Shown one piece after another: positions 1 through 13,900 of a stretch of DNA of 64,000 bases (position 1 is its first letter; each line of letters starts with the position of its first letter). The DNA is taken from positions 479,108 to 543,107 of the forward strand of contig NMRA01000299.1 of NCBI GenBank assembly GCA_002633005.1. Direction: 5' to 3'. The position numbers were made by a program, and so were the translations under genes. The DNA comes from Phoronis australis. Its lineage: Eukaryota > Animalia > Phoronida. The notes under the pieces were generated by a model, which ran no database searches, was not told the origin of the DNA, and saw only the letters and a program-made list of their open reading frames with translations.

Positions 1-417
1 CAGCTCTGACCGTGGTTTTTAGACACCCGTTTCCTTGTTAGTAAAAGGTCCACATTGTCAAAAATTCGATCCCGTCCACTAAAAATATTCAGCGAATGCA
101 CAATTCACATCTCTGAATGTACCTTGTTTTTACTAAAAAAATTCGAGCCACCAGTTGTTAGGCTGAGTGCGCACATGCGATGCAGTATGTTAGGCTGAGT
201 TGTTCGGCTTTCCCGGTGCCTGTTCGTGCATTTGAAGAACGGTTCGATGCAACTAAAGACAATTTTGAACTCTACCGTGACCGTTAAGTTACTGGCACGA
301 GGTCATTGACAATTACGTAAATCGATTTTTGCTGTGGCACTGACACCACCCATTGGTTGAACTGCACGGGTTGCACGGCCGCAAGCTAGTTCAGCAGAAA
401 AATGCTCTGGCTGTTTC

Positions 418-3400
418 TTTTTAAGTGATATATATTTATTGGAGAATACATAAAACATACAAAGAAATGACAAACCCAGAAATCGGGAAGCATTATATCT
501 GGGTTGTAAACAATTCATAAAAGAAACTAATATATATAGAGGTATATACATTTAAGTAGTATCTAATATAAGTATCCCAAAATTTAGATATGTTATTGCG
601 AATATGTAAAAGCAAAAACATGTACAGATTCATGTATGGAAATCAGATGCAGCAATATTGATAAAGGGTACATAAAAATTAATTTGCAAACGTTGCTTAG
701 GAGGAATTCATTGAGAACGGTGTGAAAGTTAGGACTACCATTCAATAATAATGTAACTTTAGTAGGGATATTATTACAAGAATTGAGAACATTAACAATT
801 GATTGGTTTTCATTGAGTGCACGAAAGAGTGAGTCTCTCAGGTATTTGATGAGGGGGCATTTGAAGAAAATATGAGGATAAGATTGATGGTCACCACATT
901 TACAGTTTGGAGAAACATTACTAAAGTTATGCCTAAACTTGTCAGAATTGAGGAAAAGACCACGTCTTGATATGTACAATGCTATTTCGTTATCGCGGGG
1001 AAGGGAGAATTGAGTTAAGGGTGCTGAGTTATCAAAATTGTGAAAAACAGTTCTAAAATTATTTTTTTGTACTCGTAAAAGAATTGCTTTCCTTAACAGA
1101 GACTGGAAGAGAATTCCAGTTGTTGATGCACATAATGACTGTAGACCTTCTGAATGGCTGACTGAATGACGGAGGAATTGCATATAGGGTGGAGGATCTC
1201 AAATTACTACGATGGCCTTGTCTAGTGTATAGATCAAATATTTTTTACACAGAGGCGTTGTTGACGTTGTTTATTACTTTGAAAGTAAATGTGGTCATGT
1301 GAAGATTGCGTCGAGTAGACAGTTTGGGCCACAAAGCCTCAACACTATTGAATCCCCTGTAAACTCCGGCTATGAGTAAGGCAGCTTGATACTGTAATTT
1401 CTCCAAATGTTGGAGTGCACCCGTATTGGCCGACTAATATATGATATCACAATAATCGATGTGTGGAAGTATAAATGATTTAACAAAACTTCTAAATGTG
1501 TAGAATTCAGATGACGAGAGACAAGCTTAAGTGGGTTAATAATTTCTGATTTTTTTTGTACGATCTCCCGATCTTCACGTGTGAATGAGAGTTCTTCATC
1601 TAACAGTATACCAAGATGTCTGTGCGACTGTTTTCTAGGAATGATTTCATAATTAAGTTTAAGGTCATAAGACGGGTCAACAAGAAAGAGAGATTTGGAG
1701 AAGGTGAGGTCAACGCTATTTTCTGGTTCGAAATTCATTCTCCATTCTTGTGACCAATAGATGAGTTCATTTAAGTCGTGTTGAAGCTGCAAAGAACTTT
1801 CAGGGCTGCTCCCTGCGAAGGGGTGAAAAAAGCGCCGTGTCATCTACATAAAGGTATGTGCTACATGACAGGTTATCAAGAAGGTCATTAATATAAACCA
1901 AGAAGAAAAGAGGGACCAATACGCTACCCTGCGCTACACCTGCGTTTACAAATCCAGGAGGGGATAAAGTTGAAAGTACGCCGTCGACACGAACACTGTT
2001 TTATCGGAGAGATATGAGGTGATCATGGTTAAAAGATTACCAGTACTGCCACAGGATCGAAGGTTGTGAAGTGAGGTCGTGAGGGACACAGTCGAAAGCA
2101 GAAGCTATATCTAGAAAAATGAACCTGACACTCTCGCCCTTCTCAAAATGTAAATGAATGTCATGTACCATTTCAACAATGGGGGCCACGGTGCTGTTTC
2201 CAGGGAAAAAAACCAAATTGACGATGATAGATCAAGTTGTTTTGTTTGAGACATGTGAGAATACTTTGAGCAATGATCTTCTCGAAGATTTTGGATAGGG
2301 TGTTAAGTAAAGTTATTGGGCGATAATTTGACATTACAGTTTTGGAGTCTTTTTTGTGTATTAGGGACAATAATTCCACATTTCCAAGAAGACGGATATA
2401 TACCTAGCTGAAGAAGTTTGTTAAACAGATTGGTCAAGAGCATGGTAATTTCGTTGGCAATCATTTTGGTGATTAAAGCTGTGCCACCATTCTTATTGGG
2501 GTCAATTTTATTGAGATACTTCTGGACATCAGTTTGATTAGCCGGGATATCAGACAGTTGATTGAGACAACGTCCACGAAGAAAGGGAAAGTTACTTACT
2601 TCAGTTGGTGTTATGTGGCTTTTGTTCGTGAAAAAATTGAGAAACAGGTCACACTTGTCACTACTACTTGAGGCTACGTTACCAATGTGGTTGTTGACTG
2701 GATAAGAGGATTGTTGACTGCTGCGTATTTTATTGATGATATTCCAGTATTCTTTGGAGTTCTTGCTTGCACTGTTAATTTGTTGAAAAAGCTTGTTGGC
2801 GGTGATCAGCTTTGGTTTGATTTATTAAAGTTTCAACCAGGCGTGACTGCTCCTTGTATCTGTTGTAGATTACAGTGTTGTTAGATCTTCTGAAAGAGCT
2901 TTAAAGTCTGTTTCTTGTGCGGATTGCCCATTTAACATTATTGTTGAACCACGGTTGGCTGTTGTGTTTAATTGTCTTTTCAGTTTGGGATGTTGCTTTT
3001 TAAAATTTCATAGAGAGTACTAGTGAAGAGTGAAACAGTGTAATCAATGCGCCAGTGTCCAATATGGAATCCCAATCAGTGTAGTTGACATCCTGACGTA
3101 ATTTCTCGGTGTCGTTCTTTAATCGTTTTTTTATGTGTTAGAGTGGCTTCGATTGTGTGGTGATCAGAATTGCCAACAGGAGGTAGTACAGAGCATGAGT
3201 CAATGATACTCAAATTGTTTGTTATTCAGAGACCAATACATGAATAAGAAACGTCGGGGTTGGCTCATTAATTAGCTTTATGCAGTCATTAGACAATAAG
3301 ATATCAAACAATTGTAGACCGGCCGTATGGTCATGATCATCATTGAAACATGTAGAGTTTCGGTCATTAAAATCACCATTTATGATTATACTAACGCTAT

Positions 3401-4343
3401 TGTGGTTAAGTTCCGCTAACTGATCGGCTAGGGCTTTGAAGTAGCTTTCTTTCAGTTGATGATTCAGAAGGTGATCGATAAAACAACCCATAGTAATTTT
3501 TTCTATGACCGAAATAAATTTCGATCCAGCAGTTGCATAACTGAGTACTAGTTAAGCTAGGACATAATTTAAATGTGAGTGTATTTTTAGTGAATAAGAT
3601 GATGACACGGCCACTGTTACTGTGATAGACTACACTGTAACCAGGAATGATTAGTTCATTATCAAGGTCGTCCTTGGTAACATTACAAGTTTCACAAAGA
3701 GCGACAATCATATATTCGTAAGACAGAACAAAGTTTTTGAGAAGTTGGAATCTGGAGAAATTGTTGGATTTAATGCTATTAATATTTGAAAATAAGATTT
3801 TAATGGTAGTATTGTCTTCAGGCCCAGGATTTTCTTCAACATCGCAAGCTAAAAGGAGGCACATGCCAATGACGATTCCGTAATCCAAAGAGGTGTTATG
3901 TAAACAATAGTAAGACACATCAGTAAGCTGAACCGGCATACCGTGATATCTCGTTAGATGCCCGTGAGAAGAATTGAATTGTGACCATACTGGGGAAAAC
4001 ATTGTAAGACCAGAGAAACTCACTCTACTCGAGGCACCCAAAGGATAGCCGGATTTAACAATTAATACACCAATGCTTATTGACATTTCAAGGGTTGTTA
4101 AATGAATAAGGTAGTCTGGACAATTAGGGGAGTCATTTTTAAACAACATAATTATATCATAGGCTCGTTTACAGGTAAATAAATAGCAACGCAGTTGAAA
4201 AGCGCAACACATAAATTCAATCTTGGGAAACCAGTTAGCTCTGTTGCAAGTGAATACAAAACACTTACGTATTTGAAGACGTAATAAGGAAAGTCAGGTG
4301 ATAATAATTGACCTAAAGACATGTACAGATGAAATATGACCAA
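418..4343 (-). mobile_element. Degenerate non-LTR retrotransposon (CR1/L2-group LINE), ORF2 remnants: 2A peptide, APE endonuclease, RT, C-terminal Cys/His motif
   Basis: Frameshifted ORF fragments lie in LINE order on the minus strand: NINSIK..IVALCET (APE N-term, 3406-4212), IIINGDFN (3222-3491), SDHHTI near 3160, NYRPITLLNTLSKIFEK (2173-2379), GVAQGS near 1930, YVDD at ~1839-1850, HRHLGILLD (1370-1843), and LNSDKFRHN..PNCKCG..HIFFKCP (593-1183). AATAAA and an A-rich end lie near 418-440. The 5' end is uncertain and may extend to ~4790. Confidence 0.9.
3820..3843 (-). other. 2A-like ribosomal skipping motif DVEENPGP upstream of the LINE endonuclease
   Basis: LLLACDVEENPGP in ORF 3406..4212 matches the D(V/I)ExNPG|P consensus. 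Confidence 0.85.
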
Positions 4344-5897
4344 TTGGTAACGGATAAAAGAAGGTGAAAAATAAAAGTTTCAACACTCAAATGCGCTGAA
4401 GAAAACAAAAAAATGAAGTATTGAAGATCTCTCACTATGGATAACTAAGCTGTAACACGTTTTAGAATTGATATAAGGCTATAAGTGCTTACCACTATAG
4501 GTCACCCAGTAATGACTGATTAGCTCATGTGTTCGGTGTTGTCTTTTGAATTGAAGTTAACTTTCTCACGGATAGGAACACCAGTTTTCACAGGGATTAT
4601 TTGAACTTAAAACTCATTATAAACTAAATTATGGTGACAGAAAGTGCTCAACGTGATTTTTTTCACGGACAAGATAAAACAGTAATAACTCAATTAATGT
4701 TATGGGAAACCATTCTGAAACCCACAACAAAAATCGCATGTAGTTGTAGATTCTGCACCTGACTGACTGACAGAGAGCAGAGGAAGTGTCTAGAAATTAA
4801 AATCAATACCATAGTAAGTGAAAGTTGTCAATAACACGACCGAACAGAAATGCCACACAAAATCAAAGTGACGTGTAAGTTTATCCAGGCCAACTATTTG
4901 GTATGAAGTTTCTTCAAAATCAACGTTCTGCGAAACACAACAGTCGGAAAAATAATAATTATATAAGTGACAGCCACTAAGGCTGTAGCTCACATATAAG
5001 AATCATTGTCTTATGTGAATATCATACAATGTACGATTCCGTCACACATTCAAATTAAAATGTGGGAAACTTGTTTTTTCGACAACCAAAAACAACACAT
5101 TAGTACAGTCTGTAGGCAGTTGCAAAGATACTATATTACAATTTTGGTAAGGGTGCAACCGGGAAACTGCTCCGATTGGCTTGTATCCGAGTAGATCACG
5201 CGGAACCTTCGTCACAGTATTTTAAGTTTAACTCTGTCATTTTATTTTTGGGAGAGGATGAGACAGGGATTGTCATTTTAATCATTAACGTTTTCTCGTG
5301 TCTCTTGGTCGTCTGTTTCCTTGCGCTGCAGCGAACGAACGTCAAAGATTTACAGACCTTCGGAATTAATATTGTTGAATATTAACCTGCGTGTACATCG
5401 TTGTGTCAGTGTTCCAAGATGTACTGTAATCGGTAAACCAACCCCTATAAATAAGAGGCGAGTATTGGCTACATTAAAAGGACTGCTGCCAAATTAGTCC
5501 CGGCCATTTCAAATAAACTTGTGCCGGTATAACGCAGTGGAGCCGTGCTAAAAGCGGACACATCTTCGATTATACTAAGTTTTATTTCACGCACTACTTA
5601 AAAAGTGATTTTTTGAAATGTGGAAACTGGTTCGCCGTCCGTGTGCTCGCTGTGGATCACTGCCATCGTTACCCATCCGGGGCACCTCACATATTTTCGT
5701 AGCCGTTCAGATTACCACGTGGGCATATTCGAATATGAGCGTAGAATGAGGCGCAAATCCCCACACGCACTGGCAACAAAGATTGTATAGTTATCTTTGC
5801 TGGCAAACCAGAACCGAGTTGGAAATGCGCCCCCACGTGCAACCCTCACCGACATCAACTTCTAAATTGCGTTTTTTTAAGGAATATAAGTTAACTT

Positions 5898-6206
5898 AAC
5901 ATGCGCGCACCCAGGGGGGGGGGGGGGNGGTTCGAAGGAGCCCCCCATTTGACGAAGTGGGCAAAAAGGTCCGCCTCGGAGAAACATACAATACGGGAAA
6001 ACGAGATAAAATGTCTACTAAAAAGGCGCAAACGCAGAATTCAGATTCACAGCACGAACAGGTCCGATCGTGGTACTATTTATTTTTTTTTCAAATATTT
6101 ATTTTTCTTAATTTTTTTTTCTAGTCGACTGACTATTTTGTTAGTAGAAGGTCCACATCGCCAGGAATTCGAGTCCCCCATATTCAAGGCTGGGTGCGCG
6201 CATGTT
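5898..6206. mobile_element. MITE with 17-bp TIRs
   Basis: AACATGCGCGCACCCAG (5898-5914) and CTGGGTGCGCGCATGTT (6190-6206), with a G-run inside the left end. No clean TSD. Confidence 0.75.
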
Positions 6207-9200
6207 TAAGATAGGGCGGAGGATGATAAGAAGCCGAAAAAACGTTGTCGCGACTACGTGTATTTTTATACAAAAACAGCATCGCCGTTCTTGAATTTTC
6301 GTTATTTTGCAATATCTCAATGGGTCTTTCGTGCAATTGAAAATAAAAGTGTCTACAACTATGTCGTACATTACATCAAAAGCAAATAAAAACAGTAAAC
6401 ACACAAGAGAATGACGTGTTTTATGTTTCTTCCTTCACAGTCCCACCCCCACCCTTACCCGAACTGTGAATCGGTATAAAAACTGCTAGAGAGCGACGAT
6501 ATGTGCCCGAATATTTTTGCAAGCGAAATGCACATCTTTGTGTCGCCCGGGTTACATGTGTCGCTTGTCACAATATACGTCACGTTACAACACCCCCTCG
6601 CTATGGTCCTGTAAAACGCAGGAAATGGCGTGAATTCAACGAAATTTGGGTTTGAAGTTCCAATAATGATGCGATTTTGTGTTGGATTTTTAAAGTTCCC
6701 GTTTGCACACTAGTACTGGATATTTGACTTAAAACGAAGAAGTCTAATTTTTGATTTTCATTTTGCACATCATTTATCATGGATTTACATTGCAACAAGT
6801 GAACATAATGGTATCACTGTAATCTTTAAAACACCAAAAATATCAATAAAATATTTTCAGTATGGACAAGTGTGTATCCACATTACAGGCCGAACGTGCT
6901 CCTACTAACAGTGCCGAACTAGCACCACTCAAGCGCAAGAAATATCGCGTGACATCTCGTAGGGTGAAAAAATATATGTATCTTCTTGAAACATATTGCT
7001 TAGTGAAACCTAAGGAATTCTACGAGATAAAAAAAAGAAACAGAACAACTCAGTACAAAATTGAACCACTGCTTCCTAATCTGACGTGTTCTTTCTAAAG
7101 TTAGCAGTTTTGAGCTCAGTGACTGTAAACATTACATGATATTTGAGAAGTGGCATCATTGCTGAGTGTTACTTTTTGCTCAGGGTATCCTCACTTTTCC
7201 AACATGCCTCGTGGCCGAACATAGCCTCGGTCCGAAACTAGACCTAGCGCATATATTTTTACTAATTCATTATAACTAACTCTCGTTTAGTCCGTAGTAC
7301 AGACGTACCGATTTCCAGAGGCCTGTACATCAATGTACACACACATCGACTCAAAATTGGTGTCAACAAATAAAAACCTATCGTAGCGTTTTGGCCTATT
7401 TTTATCGTATTTCTTCCGCGAAACTAACTTTTCAATTTCAGAAGCCAATAAGTTAAAGAATAGTCTCTGTTCCCCAAATTTCAATTTATTTCAACCAGTA
7501 TTTTATTGCAGTGAAGGCATCACTGATGCGGTAATTGCCCAGTTCAACACAATATGAGCTTAGGTCGACTCTAGTTTCGTGATATCAAATGCGAACGGCG
7601 ACACCAGTTTTTCCGGTTCGCTTGTAGAGACCCATAGTCAAACCATAAAATACCACTAATGTTTTATCGTAATTCTTCGAGTAAATTGATCATATTACTT
7701 AACTTTTTACGAGGAACTCAGTTTCAGAGGCCAAACAGTTCGAAATATCGTCCACATATTTTACCCATTATTTTATTGACGTGAAGCCATGGTAATTGCT
7801 TTGCCAGAGTCTCTAATCAGAATAAAACCTCGTGTCCACTGTAAGAAGAGTGAAATGTTTGAAGATGAATCTTGTGTTTGACTGTCGAAAAAGTAAACCA
7901 AAGCAACAACGGTCATTGCCGGACATGTTACAATATCCAACACCGCAGGTCAAGATAACAAAAGCTCTCGTACGGTTTAGAACGTGTACTGGGACCATGC
8001 TGCCAGCTTGACAGTAATACTGCAGTGGCGGATCAAGGATGTCACCGGGTGGGAAACCATAAATTTCAGAGAAAATTGTTCACGAAACCGCTAAAAATGA
8101 CTCGAGTATTTTTTGGTCTAGGTAGTTGGGCCAACCTTCCTATGAACTCAACAAGCCTGTGCGGAAATTAACCCAATGCCGTGCTGACTGATCTGGTCAG
8201 TACCACATCCTGTTTGAGTGTTGGCAGTCATTTTAAAAACACATGCGATACAGATTTTGGTATCACTTAAGTGGTACAAAATACCAATCTAGAAGCTGCG
8301 CCACCCATGCTTTCACAATGCTATTCTTGCTGGTCGACCTCAGGAGTGACATATTACATTTATCAACAATTATAATCAAGAGGATTGCTTCCGACTAGAA
8401 GCGAGGGGAGCTTAAACTCGCGCCGTTTTTCTATCAACTAGTTGAATATAGATAGCACTCTTCGACTTTGAGAACGAGACAATTACTAAATAATGCTACA
8501 TTGTTCCGTTGATGAAATTGGTTCACCCACACTAAATTCTGGAACTGCCATATTCTACGATTGGTGATGTCATTCACCGATTGGCTAAATCCTCAACCAC
8601 AAATCATTACTTAAAATTCGTTTTTCCCTCTGTGGCGTCCCATCAGGTGTTACATTGTGGAACAGGCTTCTCCAAGAGCTGCAGCCACTTCAACTCAAGG
8701 CTTCAGAGATATCCCATGTAAACTGGATCTCTCTCATATACCAGCACAATGAACACATTCTTTCTGAGTAATTTCTTACCTTTATACACTGGCAACTATT
8801 GGTATGCACAAGATTTAGAAAATATGCACTAAACAAACACCCTTCGAATCCCCACAAATAGACAATAGAACTGGGCATCCGCACCAAACAAAAAACACTA
8901 CTACTTAAATAGTCAAACATGCATTTATTGTCCAATTATCTAATTTCCTTAAATACAAATCATAATCAGACCTCCTGGTTCTTGTCACGGGAGCCATGAA
9001 ATTGACTGCCGAGCTCTAACATGTACATACCGTACTGATGGTATAAATTGTTTTCTTTATAAGCTGCGTCTTGTTTCCCAATCAACTACAAAACCTACTA
9101 GATCAGAGAGATGTCTTTCATGAAAAAGATCAAAACAAGTTTGTATTTTTAGGTTGAATACAGACAATATTTATATTAGAAGTACATATAATAATCAAAG

Positions 9201-9559
9201 GATATCATACTGGATGCCATGGACACCAGAACAGCTCAACTGGAAGCCATCCTCTGATAGTTAGTGACGTGGCCAGTCACCATCGACTCAACAGCTGGAG
9301 GCCCTACCAGGTTTTGGAGTCCTAACGGCTGCTGACAAGTGGAGACCTGACTGATGACATCAGACAACTATGCAGATAACAGCATTCTGTTCAAAGTAAG
9401 TAATGTCTAGCAAAAACACTAATGCATGTTCAGAATATTTTTAACAATGGAAAAAAATAGCAGAATCTTTTTAAAATCTAAACAACATTAAATCCCCTCA
9501 ATGCAACCAGAGTACATATGACAATGGGTAGTTCAACTCCTTCTCATTCAAGTCAAATC

Positions 9560-9605
9560 AATACAATACAATACAATAAAATACAATACAGTGCAATAGA
9601 ATACA
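9560..9605. repeat. (AATAC)n microsatellite
   Basis: Visible tandem AATAC units, partly degenerate. Confidence 0.8.
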
Positions 9606-10844
9606 GGCAGTTTATACAATCACTTGTAACTTAACTCAAAAAAAGGAAAGAATAACAATTAATATCTGACAACAAACAAACAGTATACACGGGTCTTTAT
9701 GGCCGAATAAAGGTAATGTACAATACAAGTTTAACTTCACACATAAACCCAAAACCGGGGGGGGGGGCTCATATTCGAATCTCAGCTGCACATTACTTTT
9801 TGATATTTTCTGTTTTACTGAAGAAAAGCACCTTCTTTTAGAGCACTTGTGGTTTATGCAGTTCACACTAAACACCAGATAGAACCTAGAGCTCAAAATT
9901 TCGAACCTGAAGCTGTAGGTTCGAGGTCACCAATGCCAAACTGGAATTTGCCACACAGTTATCTCACTCACATAACAGGAACAGTAAAACAAAAAACACC
10001 AAAAATAGTTTGGAGATTGTACTTTCGGTCCATTTTTAAATTAACTAAAGAACCCTAAGTGTTTCAAATGCTGATATTTAGTAACAACATTTAAAAAATA
10101 GTAGCACAATCAAACAAACTCTTCAGACGTGTTTTGGCACAAACTGAAACAAGATAACTCTTCAACAGCAGGGTCACACAACATTTCAAGCATGGGGTCT
10201 CTAATTATCTACCACTCATGCTTGGCACTTAGAACACAACCACACTTAACTATGTACACAAGAAGATACAATATACAAGAGGATACTATACTAATGGTAA
10301 CCTTTTCACACAGAGGTTATGTGTTTATCCTTTTCTACAACTACGCGACTCCTGAAAACACATCCAGGTTCAATGTTCGTTGATTTCATTTCTTCCTCCC
10401 AAGGTTATTACAAAGTTTTTGACTCCAATTACAACCAAAAAAGGATAGAAATAAACTTTTTGTACAATGAACAAACAAGAATTCTTCACTTATTTCGCAC
10501 AAACATAACTGTAACAATGAGCTGTTTTCCAAAGGCTGATTTTATTGCTGCAGATCAGGAAATTATATCAAATGGTGCTTTACAAGACCTGCACAGTACA
10601 AACCACAAAAATTATAGACTGCAAACTTTCAATATTCTTTTCCACCAAACTGTGTGCTAAATTGGTGAAGAACTACTCCATACCAGTTTTCTGAGAAACA
10701 CTTCCTACTCTTTTCAATACAGACTACACAACTATGTACATTGGTTTGATTAACAGAAACAATGTGATACAATAAATTAATTATCAACAGTTCGCCAATT
10801 CAAAGCTCATCCCCCTCGCATGGCTCATTGCGCACTGTCCAGCC

Positions 10845-10964
10845 TTAAAGATCAGTAGCCGAAACACGGAAAACAGCTCGACCGGCAATGCGACACTCAC
10901 TCAGCTGGCGAAACACACTGTCTGCCTGCTCAATGGGAAATGTGGCATACGTAGGTGGAGTGAT
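10845..10964 (-). CDS. MDR terminal coding exon (ITPPTY...GRAVFRVSATDL*)
   Basis: tctttgcag acceptor, TAA at 10847-10845, typical MDR C-terminus. Confidence 0.92.
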   Translation of the reverse strand: MTPPTYATFPIEQADSVFRQLSECRIAGRAVFRVSATDL

Positions 10965-13900
10965 CTGCAAAGAAAGAGTGGTCGTTAATTTACATTGCAG
11001 CGGTCTATCCCAAATCCGCTATCAAGAAAGAATTCAAGAACAGTCGCCAAAAAACATTGAATGTAAAAACTATACCAAGAAAACTCACACGTCCATCTCT
11101 GAGCAGGTCCATGAGGCATTGTAGTTGCTCGCGAGTGCCTGAGTGTGTACCCACAATGCTTTGCTCATTCTGTGCCAGGTCGAACAAGTTGATTGTCATG
11201 TCATAGTCAGAGTTACCACAGGCAAAGATGACACCATACTGTGAATGAATGAAAGACATGTACATATTCTAGCTAGTAGCAACACCATACTGTGAAAGAA
11301 TGAAAGGTATGTACATATTCTAGCTAGTAGCAACAGGACACTCACTAGAAGAGTATGGATTCAGCACAAGGTAAGGGGAAAAAGACCCTACTTTTGTCAA
11401 TTTTGTTTAGTCTTTGAAACAAGAAACACTGAAATACTTATTGTAATTCATGTTAATGTTCTGTAGGATCCTACAAAAATCTCCAAATTTGGAAAACTTC
11501 AGAACATCATATCTCAACGCTGTACAAGATTTTTTTTAAATGCTCCACAGTTGCACGTCAGAGGAGCTATCAAAAATATAAGTTATGATTTTAATCAAAA
11601 AAATATCAAAATTTGCATAAAAAACAAAAGATAACAATCTGTTTGAGGTTTTAGCTTTGACTTTTATATCAAATTTAATTCAGTCATGTTCTTGATACCA
11701 TTGTTTACCTCGCAATATAACTTTCCTTTTCGGTAAATTCCATTAATAAAAAGCCCATGTGACCCAAAACTGACAGCAGATTGATATTAAGTCAAAAATC
11801 GAATTCTACAGGGCTTAAATTTTTATGTAATATGTATATGTAAATATGTGTATATACATGTGTAAATGTCTATACTTTTACTGAGTTCAAATCTACCGTT
11901 TTAAAGACATTTTGCTAAATACACAGACTTGTGGATAAGGTCCTACATAACCTTAAATTTGCTTTAAACATGATTTTCATTCAAGTTTCAAAAAGTTAAA
12001 CGCAAAAGACGGTTATGAGATCAATTTAAGTTCTAACCATTAACTGTAACAAGAACCTCACACGTCGCATTACTGGGGAGGTTCCAAATTTCAATAGTTC
12101 TCGGCAGAGCAACTAACCAGAAGCACATGACAATACTGTGACAAGATTCTCCATTTTAGTACAAAACTATTTTAGGAAATTTACATGAATTTTGAACACA
12201 ATATGGCAAACAAGACACATCAATTTGACAAAGTAAGGGACAACGACCCCCACCCCCTCAACTACACCACTGATCTGACTGCTTTTCCATTTTCATGCCA
12301 TTCATGAACCTCACCTTGTTGAGCACAGACTTTGACCGAGTCATAGTGCGTCGCGAGCCGACAAAGTCAATTACAACGTCAATGCCGTGTGGGCAGGCGT
12401 CACGTGTCCTTTCCACCAGGTACTCCTCATGCAGCGCGTCACTCCAGTGCACTAGGCCATAGCAACCATGGTCGTGCGCAACCATCAGTTTTTCAGCATT
12501 GGTGTCTGCCACCGTAAGATGCACACGATTGATACTGTCTCCAAGCAGGTACTGAGCCAGCCGGATGGTCCAGAGGCCAAGGCCACCCGCGCCAACAATA
12601 AGGAACGTGACAATGTCATCATGCGCTAAGGAGAGAAAGTCAGAGGGGATGATATCAAGACCTTATAGCACATTATCTAATCTGAAAGCACTACGGGGCA
12701 CTATATTTGAGAGGAATAAGAGAGCAATCCAGAAATCATTAAGTCACAAGACAGCGCAATTTCCCACACATTCACACATGAAGTACACAGCAAATTTTAA
12801 AGTAATCAAACACAAAAGCAATGCGCTCATGAATGCACTGCAAATGGTGTGCTTCTAGGGGTGTATAATAGCATCCTAAACATCGCCACTAGAAGGCGCA
12901 AAATAAGTTGAATCCATCCGAAAATGGCAAAATGTCATCACTTCTTTAATAGAAAGCTACCAAATTTCACAAAAATTTGTCTAGGAACTTCAGAGAAACA
13001 GAGGAAAATGGTAAAAAATGAAATTGCCACTAGAGGTCACAATGTTTGTCGGAGCCGTCTAAAAATCATTGTCGTCAGTTGCCAACTTCATATAAATACA
13101 CTCACATAATTTAATAAAGATCCTTCAGAGGGTTTAGGAGATACAGCTATGAACGCAAAAAAAAACTGCCACTAGGAGGGGCCACAGTAATCAAAGTCCT
13201 CAGAAAAACATCGTCAACCGTCCTTTTCATATTAAGAACATATATGCCAATTTTCACAATCATCATTAGAGTGGTTTGAATGATAGAGGGGCGGATGCCA
13301 AAAACAGACACAAAAACAGTAAAAATGGTCACTAGATGGCACAGAGGTAAGTGCAAAAAAATAATAAAATTGCCACTAGAGGCCACACTGATAGTCCGAT
13401 CTATTCAAAATTTGTTGTTGTCCATTGTCAGTTTCATATAAATATACTTGCTAAATTTAATAAAGACCCAGCAGAGCATTTAGGAGATACGGCCATGGAT
13501 ACAAAATCATACATAATTACCACGAGGAGCCGAAAAATCAGTCAGCCACCCTCTTCACAGTAAAAAAATATACGCCAATTTTCACTATCATCCTTAGAGT
13601 CAGTGGTCTGGTTGACTGGGGAGTGGACGCCAAAAAACAGACTCAAAAACAGTAAAGGAGGCACAAAATACCCCGAATTCATCCGAATCTCATTAATAGA
13701 TACCTATGTGCCAAATTTCAAGAAAATCCGTGGAGGACCTTTGAAGATACAGAGGTAAACGTAAAAAACTAAAATTGCCAGTAGTAAAATTGGACACCGC
13801 TAGTCAGATCTATCCGAAAAATATTGTCATTCCTTGTCAGCTTCATAGGAACATATCTGTCAAATCTCATCAAGATCCTGTGAAGGGTTTAAAATGTACA

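Noticed and set aside
7233-7578. Imperfect inverted repeat CGAAACTAGACCTAGCGCATAT / ATATGAGCTTAGGTCGACTCTAGTTTCG
   Set aside because: Probably an old MITE, but the boundaries and TSD are unresolvable.
9180-9390. Possible alternative terminal exon on the minus strand (acceptor-like tttgaacag)
   Set aside because: All frames hit early stops, there is no MDR similarity, and it cannot be supported without RNA data.
11453-11818. Possible TTAA-flanked MITE (CTGTAGGATC ... GAATTCTACAG)
   Set aside because: The TIR match is too degenerate to call confidently by eye.
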